NCBI GenBank assembly: GCA_050124775.1
Contig: JASFEP010000002.1
Coordinates: 1 to 45,499 of the forward strand
DNA length: 45,499 nt
DNA from: Candidatus Aminicenantes bacterium
Lineage (GTDB): Bacteria > Acidobacteriota > Aminicenantia > Aminicenantales > Aminicenantaceae
Direction of reading: 5' to 3'
Shown: piece after piece, positions 1 through 8,532 of the stretch
Layout of the letters: every line of letters starts with the position of its first letter
Numbering within the stretch: the stretch's first letter is position 1
Program-made: the position numbers and the translations under genes
Notes under the pieces: generated by a model
Databases searched by the model: none
Seen by the model: only the letters and a program-made list of their open reading frames with translations
Told to the model about the DNA's origin: nothing

Positions 1-588
1 CCCCTTCTTCTTAACTCGCTCATAGATCCTCTTGTAAAACTCGGGGACTTCCTTGGGCACATCGAGTTTATAAACGAAATAGTCGACATCTTTACTATAA
101 CCCTGGGCTTCAACCATTCGAGGCATCCATTCGAAGTTACAGTAAGTGGCAATGGTCGCGCGGTTCTCGAAGCCTTCGATCAAAAATCCCTCCGGATCTT
201 GGTCCGTAAACCCATAAGGGCCGATAATCTTTTCCATGCCATGTCCACGGGCCCATTCTTCCACATGCGAGAGAAGCGCACGAACCACGTTTTCATCTTC
301 CCATGTTTCCAGATATCCAAATCGGGCGATCTTCTCATCGCGCATCTCGTTAAACTTTCTGTTGATCACGCCCATGATCCTGCCCACGGGATTACCGTCC
401 TTAGTGGCAAGAAGCATGATCACATCAGAGTGGGCGAAGGATCTGTTTTTCTTCGGATCGAAATACTTCCATTCATCGACATAAATAGGAGGAACCCATG
501 TTGTGTGATCGTGGTGGATCTTTTCAGGAAGAAAGATAAATGTTCTGAGGTCTTTTCGCTTCTTAACTTCCCTGATTTCAAGATCCAT
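1..588 (-). CDS. GNAT-family N-acetyltransferase-like protein; the C-terminus is cut off by the window edge
   Basis: My own translation of the minus strand from ATG at 588 runs open to position 1 (196 codons): MDLEIREVKKRKDLRTFIFLPEKIHHDHTTWVPPIYVDEW...GNPVGRIMGVINRKFNE. It resembles a widespread uncharacterised GNAT family. It is missing from the ORF track because it has no stop in the window. The + ORFs at 199-615 and 236-484 are antisense artefacts. Confidence 0.6.
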   Translation of the reverse strand, partial: MDLEIREVKKRKDLRTFIFLPEKIHHDHTTWVPPIYVDEWKYFDPKKNRSFAHSDVIMLLATKDGNPVGRIMGVINRKFNEMRDEKIARFGYLETWEDENVVRALLSHVEEWARGHGMEKIIGPYGFTDQDPEGFLIEGFENRATIATYCNFEWMPRMVEAQGYSKDVDYFVYKLDVPKEVPEFYKRIYERVKKKG

Positions 589-842
589 TGTATTTTTCAA
601 GAAGCACGCTTTTAAGTTTGCCCTCCATTATACTATAAATAGGATTTATTTATAATGATAAAAGTGATTAACTGGAATTAATCATAAATACTCCCGATAA
701 TAATGTCTATCTCCATATTTATGTATAGGTTACAATGAACCGGTCAAAGGGAGAATCATTCTTCTGCTTGACGGCTTTAAAGTTGGGAAAGGACAAAAAG
801 GACTGTGAACGATCCGTGCAGGGCATGAGGAAATTTTTCATG

Positions 843-872
843 TTGACATTTTCGAGGAAGAATGAATAAACT
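843..872 (+). promoter_or_regulatory. Candidate sigma70-type promoter for the rnf operon
   Basis: TTGACA (843-848), 18-nt spacer, TAAACT (867-872), about 30 nt upstream of the rnfC ATG. Sits in an AT-rich divergent intergenic region. Confidence 0.3.
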
Positions 873-902
873 TTAGTCTTTAATATTGGCGCTTTAGATC
901 GC

Positions 903-2231
903 ATGAAATACAGAACTTTTCCACACGGCATTCACCCTCCTGAGAACAAGTCTCACACCGAGGCAAAGGCTTTAGAAATAATGCCTCCTCCTGAGAAAGT
1001 CAGCATTTCTCTGCTCCAGCATTTTGGAAATCCCGCAAAACCGCTGGTAAAAAAAGGAGAGGAGGTGATGCTCGGACAAAAGATCGGGGAGAGCAGTTCC
1101 TTTTTTTCAGCGAACATCCATTCCAGCGTATCGGGAAAAGTTCTATCGGTCGACGGGGCCCATCATCCCCTGGGAAAACCCATGCTCGCTGTCACCATCG
1201 CGAACGACGGGGAGGACCGTGAGGCACCAGAGATTCGGGGCTCCGCGGAGCCATTCGATCTGAAGCCTGACGCCATCTGCCAGATCGTAAAGGAAGCCGG
1301 GATCGTCGGCCTCGGTGGTGCCGCCTTCCCCACCGCAGTGAAACTTTCACCGCCCAAGGATAAGCCTATCGACACAGTGATCATCAACGGATGTGAATGC
1401 GAGCCCATGCTTACAGCGGATTATCGAGTGATGCTGGAGTATGGCGAAGATATCCTGAAGGGAGCCGCGCTCATACAGAAAGCGACAGGTGCGGAACGTA
1501 CGCTGATCGGAATCGAAGATAACAAAATAGAGGCGAAAAGGGCATTCGCACAAGGGATGGATAAGAGCTCAGCAGAAGTGGCGGTGCTGAAGACAAAATA
1601 CCCCCAGGGAGCGGAAAAAAATCTCATTTATGCCCTCCTCGGAAGGGAAGTGCCACGCGGGGGACTTCCCTTTGATGTGGGTGTTGTGGTTCAAAATGTG
1701 GGGACGGCCAAAGCGATCTGGGATGCTGTGAGCTCCGGCAAGCCCCTTTACGAAAGGGCTCTTACAGTCGCAGGAGAAGGAGTCCGCGAGCCAAAAAACC
1801 TCATGGTCAGGATCGGAACGCCAATGAAGAATGTTCTCGAATTTTGCGGCGGTATTGATGCCAGCACAAATGTTCTGATAATGGGCGGCCCTATGATGGG
1901 CCTGACTCAATGGTCGACGGAAGTCCCGGTCGTAAAAGGAACCTCCGGAATCCTCGCATGGACCGCGGCCGAGTTCCCATCGGAACACAGCTGTATCCGC
2001 TGTTCGCGGTGTGTGGAGCACTGTCCCATGCAGCTCGTTCCCACCCAACTTATGAAATATGTCAAATATGGATTCTTATCCGATGCTGAAAAATGGGGGA
2101 TCCTGGACTGTGTGGAATGCGGCAGTTGCCAGTACATCTGTCCTGCTGCTATCCCATTGGTCCACTGGATCCGCTTGGGCAAAAACCGAGTCATGGAATT
2201 GAAACGGGAGATCAAATCCAGCGATGCCTGA
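903..2231 (+). CDS. rnfC: Rnf electron transport complex subunit C (NADH-binding, 2x[4Fe-4S])
   Basis: 442 aa. The N-terminus FPHGIHPPENK is typical of RnfC. Two CxxCxxCxxxCP ferredoxin motifs are present (CIRCSRCVEHCP, CVECGSCQYICP). First gene of a C-D-G-E-A-B cluster. Confidence 0.95.
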   Translation: MKYRTFPHGIHPPENKSHTEAKALEIMPPPEKVSISLLQHFGNPAKPLVKKGEEVMLGQKIGESSSFFSANIHSSVSGKVLSVDGAHHPLGKPMLAVTIANDGEDREAPEIRGSAEPFDLKPDAICQIVKEAGIVGLGGAAFPTAVKLSPPKDKPIDTVIINGCECEPMLTADYRVMLEYGEDILKGAALIQKATGAERTLIGIEDNKIEAKRAFAQGMDKSSAEVAVLKTKYPQGAEKNLIYALLGREVPRGGLPFDVGVVVQNVGTAKAIWDAVSSGKPLYERALTVAGEGVREPKNLMVRIGTPMKNVLEFCGGIDASTNVLIMGGPMMGLTQWSTEVPVVKGTSGILAWTAAEFPSEHSCIRCSRCVEHCPMQLVPTQLMKYVKYGFLSDAEKWGILDCVECGSCQYICPAAIPLVHWIRLGKNRVMELKREIKSSDA

Positions 2232-3201
2232 CCTTGAATACATCATCCGGTCCTCCCCCCATTACAAGGACAAAGATTCTGTCCCCAAGATCATGTATAC
2301 GGTCGTTGCTTCCCTCATTCCGGCCGTGCTCGCCTCCGTATATTTTTTCAGGTTCAAGGCTGTTTGTCTCTACCTCGCCTGTTTGGCTGCCTGTTTAGTG
2401 ACGGAAGCGCTCTTCCTGTGGATCAGAAAAAAGCCTCTCAAGCCCCTTCAGGACGGCTCGGCCGTTATCACCGCCCTCCTCTTAGCCATGACGCTTCCGC
2501 CCAATCTTTCTCTGGATACGGCAGTGATCGGCTCGGTGGTCGCCATTGCCATTGGGAAGCAGGTGTTCGGCGGGTTGGGTTACAACATCTTCAACCCGGC
2601 ACTGGTCGGGAGAGCTTTTCTCCAAACCGCCTTCCCTGTCGCCATGACGACCTGGATCCCTCCGGTCACACAACACGTGGACACGGCGACATTTGCGACT
2701 CCTCTGGGAAACCTTAAATTCCAAGAGGCAGTCGCCCAGGGGACCCTCGCGCCTCTCAAAGACCTCTTCTGGGGCAACACAGGAGGATGCCTGGGAGAGA
2801 CGTCTGCTTTCGCCCTCCTTCTCGGGGCGATTATTCTGCTTTACAAAAAAACGATCGATTGGCGGATTCCTGCCGGAATAATCCTGTCTCTGAGTGTTTT
2901 TACAGGCGTTTTCTGGCTCGTGAATCCGGATAAATACGCCCCCCCCTCGTTCCATATTTTGGCAGGGGGGCTTTTGATCGGCGCTTTTTTTATGGCCACC
3001 GACATGGTGACTTCTCCGATCACGCCGAAGGGGACCTGGATATATGCCCTGGGGATAGGTTTCATGGTAGGCCTCATCCGTCTGTTCGGCGGGTTTCCTG
3101 AGGGAGTGATGTATTCCATCCTCTTCATGAACACCTTTGTGCCGCTCTTGAATCGATACTTCCGGCCCCGAATTCTTGGGGAAAGGAGGGCACCATCATG
3201 A
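2224..3201 (+). CDS. rnfD: Rnf complex subunit D (membrane, FMN-carrying)
   Basis: 325 aa polytopic membrane protein. Carries the VDTATFATPLG flavinylation-type motif, with the Thr codon at 2698-2700. Overlaps the rnfC stop by 8 nt. Confidence 0.95.
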   Translation: MPDLEYIIRSSPHYKDKDSVPKIMYTVVASLIPAVLASVYFFRFKAVCLYLACLAACLVTEALFLWIRKKPLKPLQDGSAVITALLLAMTLPPNLSLDTAVIGSVVAIAIGKQVFGGLGYNIFNPALVGRAFLQTAFPVAMTTWIPPVTQHVDTATFATPLGNLKFQEAVAQGTLAPLKDLFWGNTGGCLGETSAFALLLGAIILLYKKTIDWRIPAGIILSLSVFTGVFWLVNPDKYAPPSFHILAGGLLIGAFFMATDMVTSPITPKGTWIYALGIGFMVGLIRLFGGFPEGVMYSILFMNTFVPLLNRYFRPRILGERRAPS

Positions 3202-3803
3202 ACCTCTCCTCCAGAATGGTCATTGTTCTCACCACCGTCGGGCTAATCTCGGGAGGATTTCTCGCAGGCGTCGCGAAGTTGACAAAAGAGCGAATCGCAC
3301 TCAACATACAGGCAGAGATCGAAGATGCCATCGAAGAGGTCGTGGACGATGCCGAGGTCAGCACCGTCTTGTACGAAGAAGAGGACTTAGTCATTTACAG
3401 AGAGATGGAAGACGACGGCGACCTTGCAGGATTCGCCGTCCAGGCAACCGGTGTGGGATTCCAGGACAAGATCACTCTGATGTTCGGGTTGGATGAAACG
3501 TTGACGAAAATCACCGGTTTGACCATCATCGATCAAAAAGAGACTCCCGGTTTGGGCGCCAAGATCACAGATTGGGATGCCTTCCTTCAATTTTGGGAAG
3601 ACCGGGATGCGACCGGCACGCTCGCTTTGCGGAAGCCGCCGGCTCGCACATATGAAGAGCTTCTGCAGACAGAGATAAACGCCATAACGGCTGCGACCAT
3701 ATCATCAAAAAAAGTGCTGGAGATCGTCAATCTCTCTCTTGAAAAGGTGAGAGAGCTTATCGCCGAGGGAACAATTCAAGGCAAGGAACACAATGGCAAC
3801 TAA
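3198..3803 (+). CDS. rnfG: Rnf complex subunit G (periplasmic FMN-binding)
   Basis: 201 aa with an N-terminal anchor and an FMN_bind-like core (ETPGLGAKI). Flavinylation motif NAITAATISS, with the Thr codon at 3696-3698. ATGA overlap with rnfD. Confidence 0.9.
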   Translation: MNLSSRMVIVLTTVGLISGGFLAGVAKLTKERIALNIQAEIEDAIEEVVDDAEVSTVLYEEEDLVIYREMEDDGDLAGFAVQATGVGFQDKITLMFGLDETLTKITGLTIIDQKETPGLGAKITDWDAFLQFWEDRDATGTLALRKPPARTYEELLQTEINAITAATISSKKVLEIVNLSLEKVRELIAEGTIQGKEHNGN

Positions 3804-4401
3804 AACTATCCGGGCAGAGTACCTCAAGGGACTTTGGGACGAGAATCCCGTTTTCCGGCAGCTCCTCGGACTCTGTCCGACGCTGGCGGTAACGGGAACC
3901 GTCATCACCGGCCTGGCCATGGGTCTGGCCACAACCTTTGTGCTGATCCTCAGCTCGCTCGTGGTCTCCTCGATTAAAAAGCTCATCCCATCTCAAGTGC
4001 GTATCGCCACATATATCGTCGTCATCGCCAGTTTTGTGACCATCGCCGACCAATTTTTGAAGGCATTCTTCTATCCCATCTCCGAGGCCCTAGGTCCCTA
4101 TGTCCCGCTCATCGTCGTCAACTGTATCATCCTTGGGAGGCAAGAAGCCTTTTCGTCTCGAAATACTGTCGGACGATCTTTGATCGATGCATTGGGCATG
4201 AGTACGGGGTTCATCCTGGCGCTTCTCGTTCTCAGCTCCATCAGGGAAATCCTGGGTGCGGGGACCTTTCTGGGATACCAGGTCATGGGATCTTGGTTCA
4301 AGCCCTGGATTATCATGATTCTTCCCGCAGGCGCTTTTATGACTCTGGGCATTCTTCTGGGAATCGCACTGAAGGTCGAAAGCAGGACAAAGAGGGAATA
4401 A
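3793..4401 (+). CDS. rnfE: Rnf complex subunit E
   Basis: 202 aa. NPVFRQLLGLCPTLAVT and LIVVNCIILGR are signature RnfE/NqrD segments. Confidence 0.95.
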   Translation: MATKTIRAEYLKGLWDENPVFRQLLGLCPTLAVTGTVITGLAMGLATTFVLILSSLVVSSIKKLIPSQVRIATYIVVIASFVTIADQFLKAFFYPISEALGPYVPLIVVNCIILGRQEAFSSRNTVGRSLIDALGMSTGFILALLVLSSIREILGAGTFLGYQVMGSWFKPWIIMILPAGAFMTLGILLGIALKVESRTKRE

Positions 4402-4403
4402 CC

Positions 4404-4979
4404 GTGGAATTGTTGACGATTTTTATATCGGCCTTGCTCGTCCAGAACTTCGTTCTCTATTATTTTCTCGGCATCTGTCCCTTCCTGGGGGTAAGCAAAA
4501 AAATTGACTCCGCCCTGTCTATGGGCCTGGCCGTCACATTCGTCATGTCCATCACAGCCGTAGTATCTTGGCTGATCAACAATCTGATCCTCATCCCCTA
4601 TGACCTGGGATACCTCCAGATCGTCTCCTTTATCCTTGTGATCGCGTCGCTCGTTCAGCTAGTCGAGATGTTCATTCGAAAGATCAGCCCACCCCTCTAT
4701 CAGGCCCTGGGCATCTATCTCCCCCTGATAACGACCAACTGCGCTATCATGGGCCTGGCCCTGATCGCTGCTCTGAATGAATACAGCTTTGTCGAAACCG
4801 TGATCTTCGGCTTCGGGTCGGGTTTAGGATTTACGTTGGCTATCGTGCTGATGGCAGGGATCCGAGAACAGCTGGACCTATCCGACGTCCCAGAGCCTTT
4901 AAAGGGTGCGGGGATCGCTCTCATCGTGGCTGGAATCATGGCCATGGCTTTTAACGGATTTATAGGAATGCTGACATGA
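4404..4979 (+). CDS. rnfA: Rnf complex subunit A
   Basis: The track ORF begins at 4293, inside rnfE. The RnfA-like sequence (VELLTIFISALLVQNFVLYYFLGICPFLGVS) begins at in-frame GTG 4404, preceded by AGAGGGA. LPLITTNCAIMG motif present. Confidence 0.92.
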   Translation: MELLTIFISALLVQNFVLYYFLGICPFLGVSKKIDSALSMGLAVTFVMSITAVVSWLINNLILIPYDLGYLQIVSFILVIASLVQLVEMFIRKISPPLYQALGIYLPLITTNCAIMGLALIAALNEYSFVETVIFGFGSGLGFTLAIVLMAGIREQLDLSDVPEPLKGAGIALIVAGIMAMAFNGFIGMLT

Positions 4980-5794
4980 CAGAGCTCCTGGTCCCGATCC
5001 TCACCATGACCGTGCTCGGATTTCTCTTTGCGACAGGGCTGGTGCTGGCATACAAAAAACTCAGAGTGGAGGAGGACCCAAAGATCGAGAGGATCAATGA
5101 GATCTTGCCTCAGGCCAATTGTGGTGCCTGTGGTCATTCCGGATGCCGGGCCTTCGCAGAGGCCGTCGTCAATGGAAAGGCCCCCGTAACAGGTTGTCCT
5201 GTGGGGGGAGAAGAAACAGCAGCCCTTGTGGCGGAAACCCTGGGCGTCGATGCCGGAGAAATGATCAAGATGGTGGCCCGGCTGCACTGTAGAGGCACGA
5301 TCGAGGCGGCCCAAACACGAGGTTCCTATTCGGGCATACCGACATGTTATGCCTCCCATCTTGTGGGTGGGAATAAACAGTGCTCTTATGGGTGTCTGGG
5401 TTTCGGAGATTGTGTCGAGGCCTGCCAGTTCGATGCGCTCTATATGGGCGACGACGGACTCCCGGTCGTAAAGGAAGACAAGTGCACGGCTTGCGGGATG
5501 TGTGTGGATGCCTGTCCGCGGAACCTTTTCGAGCTCCATCCCCTGTCCCAGGAGATCCTCGTATTCTGCCGATCCGAAGACAGGGGCCCTCTCGCCAGAA
5601 AAGTGTGTAAGACGGCATGTATCGCATGCGGTATCTGCGCCAGGGCATGCCCCGATGCCATCGTGATGGAGAACAACCTGGCCGTCATCACAGATTTCAA
5701 AAAGATCGCCCCGGAAAAAATTGACGAAATAGAAAAATGTCCGACCGATGCCATCGGGCGGATCCATAAAGAAGAGAGTGGCGATGAAGGATAA
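4976..5794 (+). CDS. rnfB: Rnf complex subunit B (polyferredoxin)
   Basis: 272 aa with an N-terminal TM helix. Has the CGACGHSGCRAFAEAV cluster motif plus further CxxCxxCxxxCP motifs. ATGA overlap with rnfA. Confidence 0.93.
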   Translation: MTELLVPILTMTVLGFLFATGLVLAYKKLRVEEDPKIERINEILPQANCGACGHSGCRAFAEAVVNGKAPVTGCPVGGEETAALVAETLGVDAGEMIKMVARLHCRGTIEAAQTRGSYSGIPTCYASHLVGGNKQCSYGCLGFGDCVEACQFDALYMGDDGLPVVKEDKCTACGMCVDACPRNLFELHPLSQEILVFCRSEDRGPLARKVCKTACIACGICARACPDAIVMENNLAVITDFKKIAPEKIDEIEKCPTDAIGRIHKEESGDEG

Positions 5795-6224
5795 AGGAAC
5801 AGTCCTTTCCACCGAGAACAACCTGGCCCGCGTCGAAGTGGCCTGCCTCGAGGTATGTCAAGAATGTTCTGCCAGCAGCCTGTGTATCGGATCCAAAAAC
5901 GCCACCGGCATTCTCTCAGTCAGGAATCCTCTCCGCGCCAAGGCCGGAGATCGTGTCCTTATCTCCATCCCGGAATCCCGCTACAGCAAAGCTTTGATCC
6001 TGCTCTTCGGTGTTTTGCTTCTCGCGACCCTAGCTGGGATGGGATTGGGTTACTGGATGACTCCAGTCCTCCCTCTCTCCTCATCCACATCGAGTCTTTT
6101 GGGGGCGCTCTTCGGGATAGCATTGGCGGGGATGCTGCTCTCCCTACGATTTAAAAAGATCGCCAACGAATCTCTCTATCCGGAAATAATTGAAATATTA
6201 CATAAAGGAGACAGTTATGGATAG
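5784..6224 (+). CDS. RseC/MucC-family (SoxR-reducing-system-like) membrane protein
   Basis: Start placed at ATG 5784 (MKDKGTVLSTENNLARVEVACLEVCQECSASSLCIG). The N-terminal Cys-rich beta domain followed by two TM helices is the RseC architecture. Overlaps rnfB by 11 nt. Confidence 0.75.
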   Translation: MKDKGTVLSTENNLARVEVACLEVCQECSASSLCIGSKNATGILSVRNPLRAKAGDRVLISIPESRYSKALILLFGVLLLATLAGMGLGYWMTPVLPLSSSTSSLLGALFGIALAGMLLSLRFKKIANESLYPEIIEILHKGDSYG

Positions 6225-6948
6225 ACGCCATTTTTTTCAAACATTGCTCTCAGCCCCGATTCTCACACCTTTGTTCCTGGCTTCCCGCTCCAGGACATCC
6301 GAAAGGGAAGTCTACCTCATCTCGGATACACCGCAAATACACCTACCTTTACTACTGAAAGAGCTTTTTCGCACGCGGGAAACGAGGCCCGGCACTTTTT
6401 CTATTCAGGCCCCCTCCCCTTACACAGATAAACTCTATAAAACGTTCTCATTGAACGGTTGGCAATTCGACCCGAATTCCTCAGGGGCGGATTTGGACAT
6501 ATCCTTCCGTACCCTGCATCACCCTTCCCGCCCTTCCTTCACTCTCGTTAAGGATGGACAGGTATGGGATGTGCGGTCCTGGAAACTCCACTCACTGTGG
6601 CAGGAGATGTCTCAACACCACTCTCCCTCATCCCTTCTGACCGTCGCTTCATTGATGAGACAGGGCCCCGATAGGAGGGCAGGGGAAGTTGTTACCGTCT
6701 ACATGAATGGCCAACCCAGAGAATCTTTTTTTCTTAAGGAAAACCGTCGGAGATCTTACGCCACAAACACAGGCCGCATAACGGTGCAGATCGCAGACGG
6801 AAGCGTCCGTATCACAGAAAGTACATGCCGTCAAAAAATCTGCATCTCTTCCCAGCCCATCTCTCTTTCGGGAGAGCGTATTATCTGCGCACCGGAGCAT
6901 TTTCTTCTTGAAGTAGGGGGGGGTGCCATAGACACGGTTATCGGCTGA
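6217..6948 (+). CDS. Tat-signal protein: unknown N-terminal domain plus C-terminal NusG-domain-II-like fold
   Basis: ATG 6217 is preceded by AAAGGAG at 6-nt spacing. MDRRHFFQTLLSAPILTPLFLA is twin-arginine-like. The C-terminus ITVQIADGSVRITESTCRQKICISSQPISLSGERIICAPEHFLLEV matches the NusG_II (PF07009-type) pattern. 8-nt overlap with the upstream gene. Confidence 0.65.
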   Translation: MDRRHFFQTLLSAPILTPLFLASRSRTSEREVYLISDTPQIHLPLLLKELFRTRETRPGTFSIQAPSPYTDKLYKTFSLNGWQFDPNSSGADLDISFRTLHHPSRPSFTLVKDGQVWDVRSWKLHSLWQEMSQHHSPSSLLTVASLMRQGPDRRAGEVVTVYMNGQPRESFFLKENRRRSYATNTGRITVQIADGSVRITESTCRQKICISSQPISLSGERIICAPEHFLLEVGGGAIDTVIG

Positions 6949-7016
6949 TCTGGGACCCTTTCTCCAGCTCGACAGGCAAAGGGTCTACCGACAAACTGCG
7001 AGCAAAAGCTCCGTTT

Positions 7017-8492
7017 TTAGAGCTCCTTCACATAGATATTCCTGAAATACACGGGCGATATGCTGTCGTGGTTCTGGAGGCCGATGTAGCCGTCTCGAGC
7101 AAAATCCTTGATCTTTCCCCTGGGCTCCGCCTTCCAATCGATCACTTCCGTACCATTCAGCTCGACCTGGATGCGATCTCCCCGAAAAGTGATCTTGGTG
7201 TGGTTCCATTCCCCTGTCGGTTTATAAGCGTCCGATTTTGGCGCTTCGGCATCGTAGACCGCACCCGTCTTGTGGATCCCGCTTCCACTATCATAGACCT
7301 GGACCTCGAAGGAATGATAGATATAATCATCGCTGGTAGGGACTTCTGGTACCCTCAGGAAAACCCCTGAATTCGTATCCTCCTGGGAGCATTTGAATTC
7401 CAGCTCCAGAATAAAGTCGCTGTATTTTTTCCGGCTGTACCAGAGCAGTCCCATCCCTCCCTGGCTTTTGAGCACGCCGGTTTTTTCATCGAGCACAAAA
7501 TATCCCGGTCCGTAGTGGTTCCATCCGTGCTTGGAGAATTTCCCCTTCCACCAACTGAGGATTTCATCAAAACCCTCATAATAGGTGACGCTTTTTATGT
7601 ACGCGAGCCCTGCCTTTATGGCCGGAGACGGATCGAGGGCATCGGCCTCTTTCTCGTATTCCACAGTAATATATCCCCTGAAATTCTGGTCGGTCAGCTC
7701 CCGAAGAATATCGTGGACATGGGCCTTTCCTTGTCCGAAGGGAACATCTTCGGCTTCGATTTCGCCGAATGCATCCAGGTCCTTCAAATGGACATCGATG
7801 ATCCGGCCCTTCAGCATCTTGAGTCCCTCGAGAGGTTTGACCCCGGAGCGCATCCAATGACCGGTGTCCGCACACACTCCGATCCGCTCATCCCGTCCCT
7901 CGACCCGCTTCAGGACCTCTTCGGGCCGTGCATATTTATTCGGAACCGGGTGGTTGTGTATAGCAATATTGATATCGTATTCCTCGACCATTTGTTCGAG
8001 AAGGGAAAAGTCGTCGAACTCGGGCTCTGTAACGATCGTCCGTATCCCAAATTTCTTGGCAAAATCAAAAACTCTGCGCATGTCCTTTTCCGTGTTTTCA
8101 AAACCAACCACACCATAAGAGACCAAGTGCATGCCTAGATGCTCAAGGGTGCGTTTCACCCATTGGATATTCGCCTCGCTGAGGTAGTGGTCGAACTTAA
8201 TCTCGGGTTTATCCGGACTCAAAACCTGCCCCGGATAGGGCTGGACGAAATCGATTCCCAGCGTTTTAATCTTTTGAAGTGCCTCCTGGAATGAAAACTT
8301 TCTGAAGGTCCAGCACTGCACCGCGACGGGAAAATTCCGAATACGTATGTCTTCGTATCCGGAGGTCTCTGTGAAGGGTGGCTTGATTCTTTTTATCGTA
8401 TCCATTATTGTGAATTCCATCATGCGGGGCGCCGCAAATACGATGGAAGACAGAAGAAGAAGCCCCACAACCGTAAACGCTTTTTTTCTCAT
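7017..8492 (-). CDS. Secreted fusion: xylose-isomerase-like TIM barrel (sugar phosphate isomerase/epimerase family) plus DUF1080 (3-keto-disaccharide hydrolase family)
   Basis: Start moved to ATG 8492 (MRKKAFTVVGLLLLSSIVFAAP, a signal peptide), with AGGAG upstream. The track start at 8753 would run through the upstream gene. The TIM-barrel part contains NIAIHNHP...CADTGHW. The C-terminal 190 aa carries GWNHYGPG...GLQNH...FRNIYVKEL, typical of DUF1080. Confidence 0.85.
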   Translation of the reverse strand: MRKKAFTVVGLLLLSSIVFAAPRMMEFTIMDTIKRIKPPFTETSGYEDIRIRNFPVAVQCWTFRKFSFQEALQKIKTLGIDFVQPYPGQVLSPDKPEIKFDHYLSEANIQWVKRTLEHLGMHLVSYGVVGFENTEKDMRRVFDFAKKFGIRTIVTEPEFDDFSLLEQMVEEYDINIAIHNHPVPNKYARPEEVLKRVEGRDERIGVCADTGHWMRSGVKPLEGLKMLKGRIIDVHLKDLDAFGEIEAEDVPFGQGKAHVHDILRELTDQNFRGYITVEYEKEADALDPSPAIKAGLAYIKSVTYYEGFDEILSWWKGKFSKHGWNHYGPGYFVLDEKTGVLKSQGGMGLLWYSRKKYSDFILELEFKCSQEDTNSGVFLRVPEVPTSDDYIYHSFEVQVYDSGSGIHKTGAVYDAEAPKSDAYKPTGEWNHTKITFRGDRIQVELNGTEVIDWKAEPRGKIKDFARDGYIGLQNHDSISPVYFRNIYVKEL

Positions 8493-8532
8493 TGACTCTC
8501 CTTTTAGGATCGGACTCATCGCAATTTTCGAG

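Noticed and set aside
4715-5821. 368-aa minus-strand ORF, one of the longest in the track
   Set aside because: It lies entirely antisense to rnfA/rnfB, which have unmistakable family signatures. Its composition is odd and it has no motifs or SD. It is a shadow ORF of a relatively GC-rich coding region.
6954-6985. Hairpin GACCCTTT-N16-AAAGGGTC between the convergent NusG_II gene and the TIM/DUF1080 gene, considered as a bidirectional terminator
   Set aside because: It has a 16-nt loop and no U-tract on either strand. The evidence is too weak to call it a terminator.
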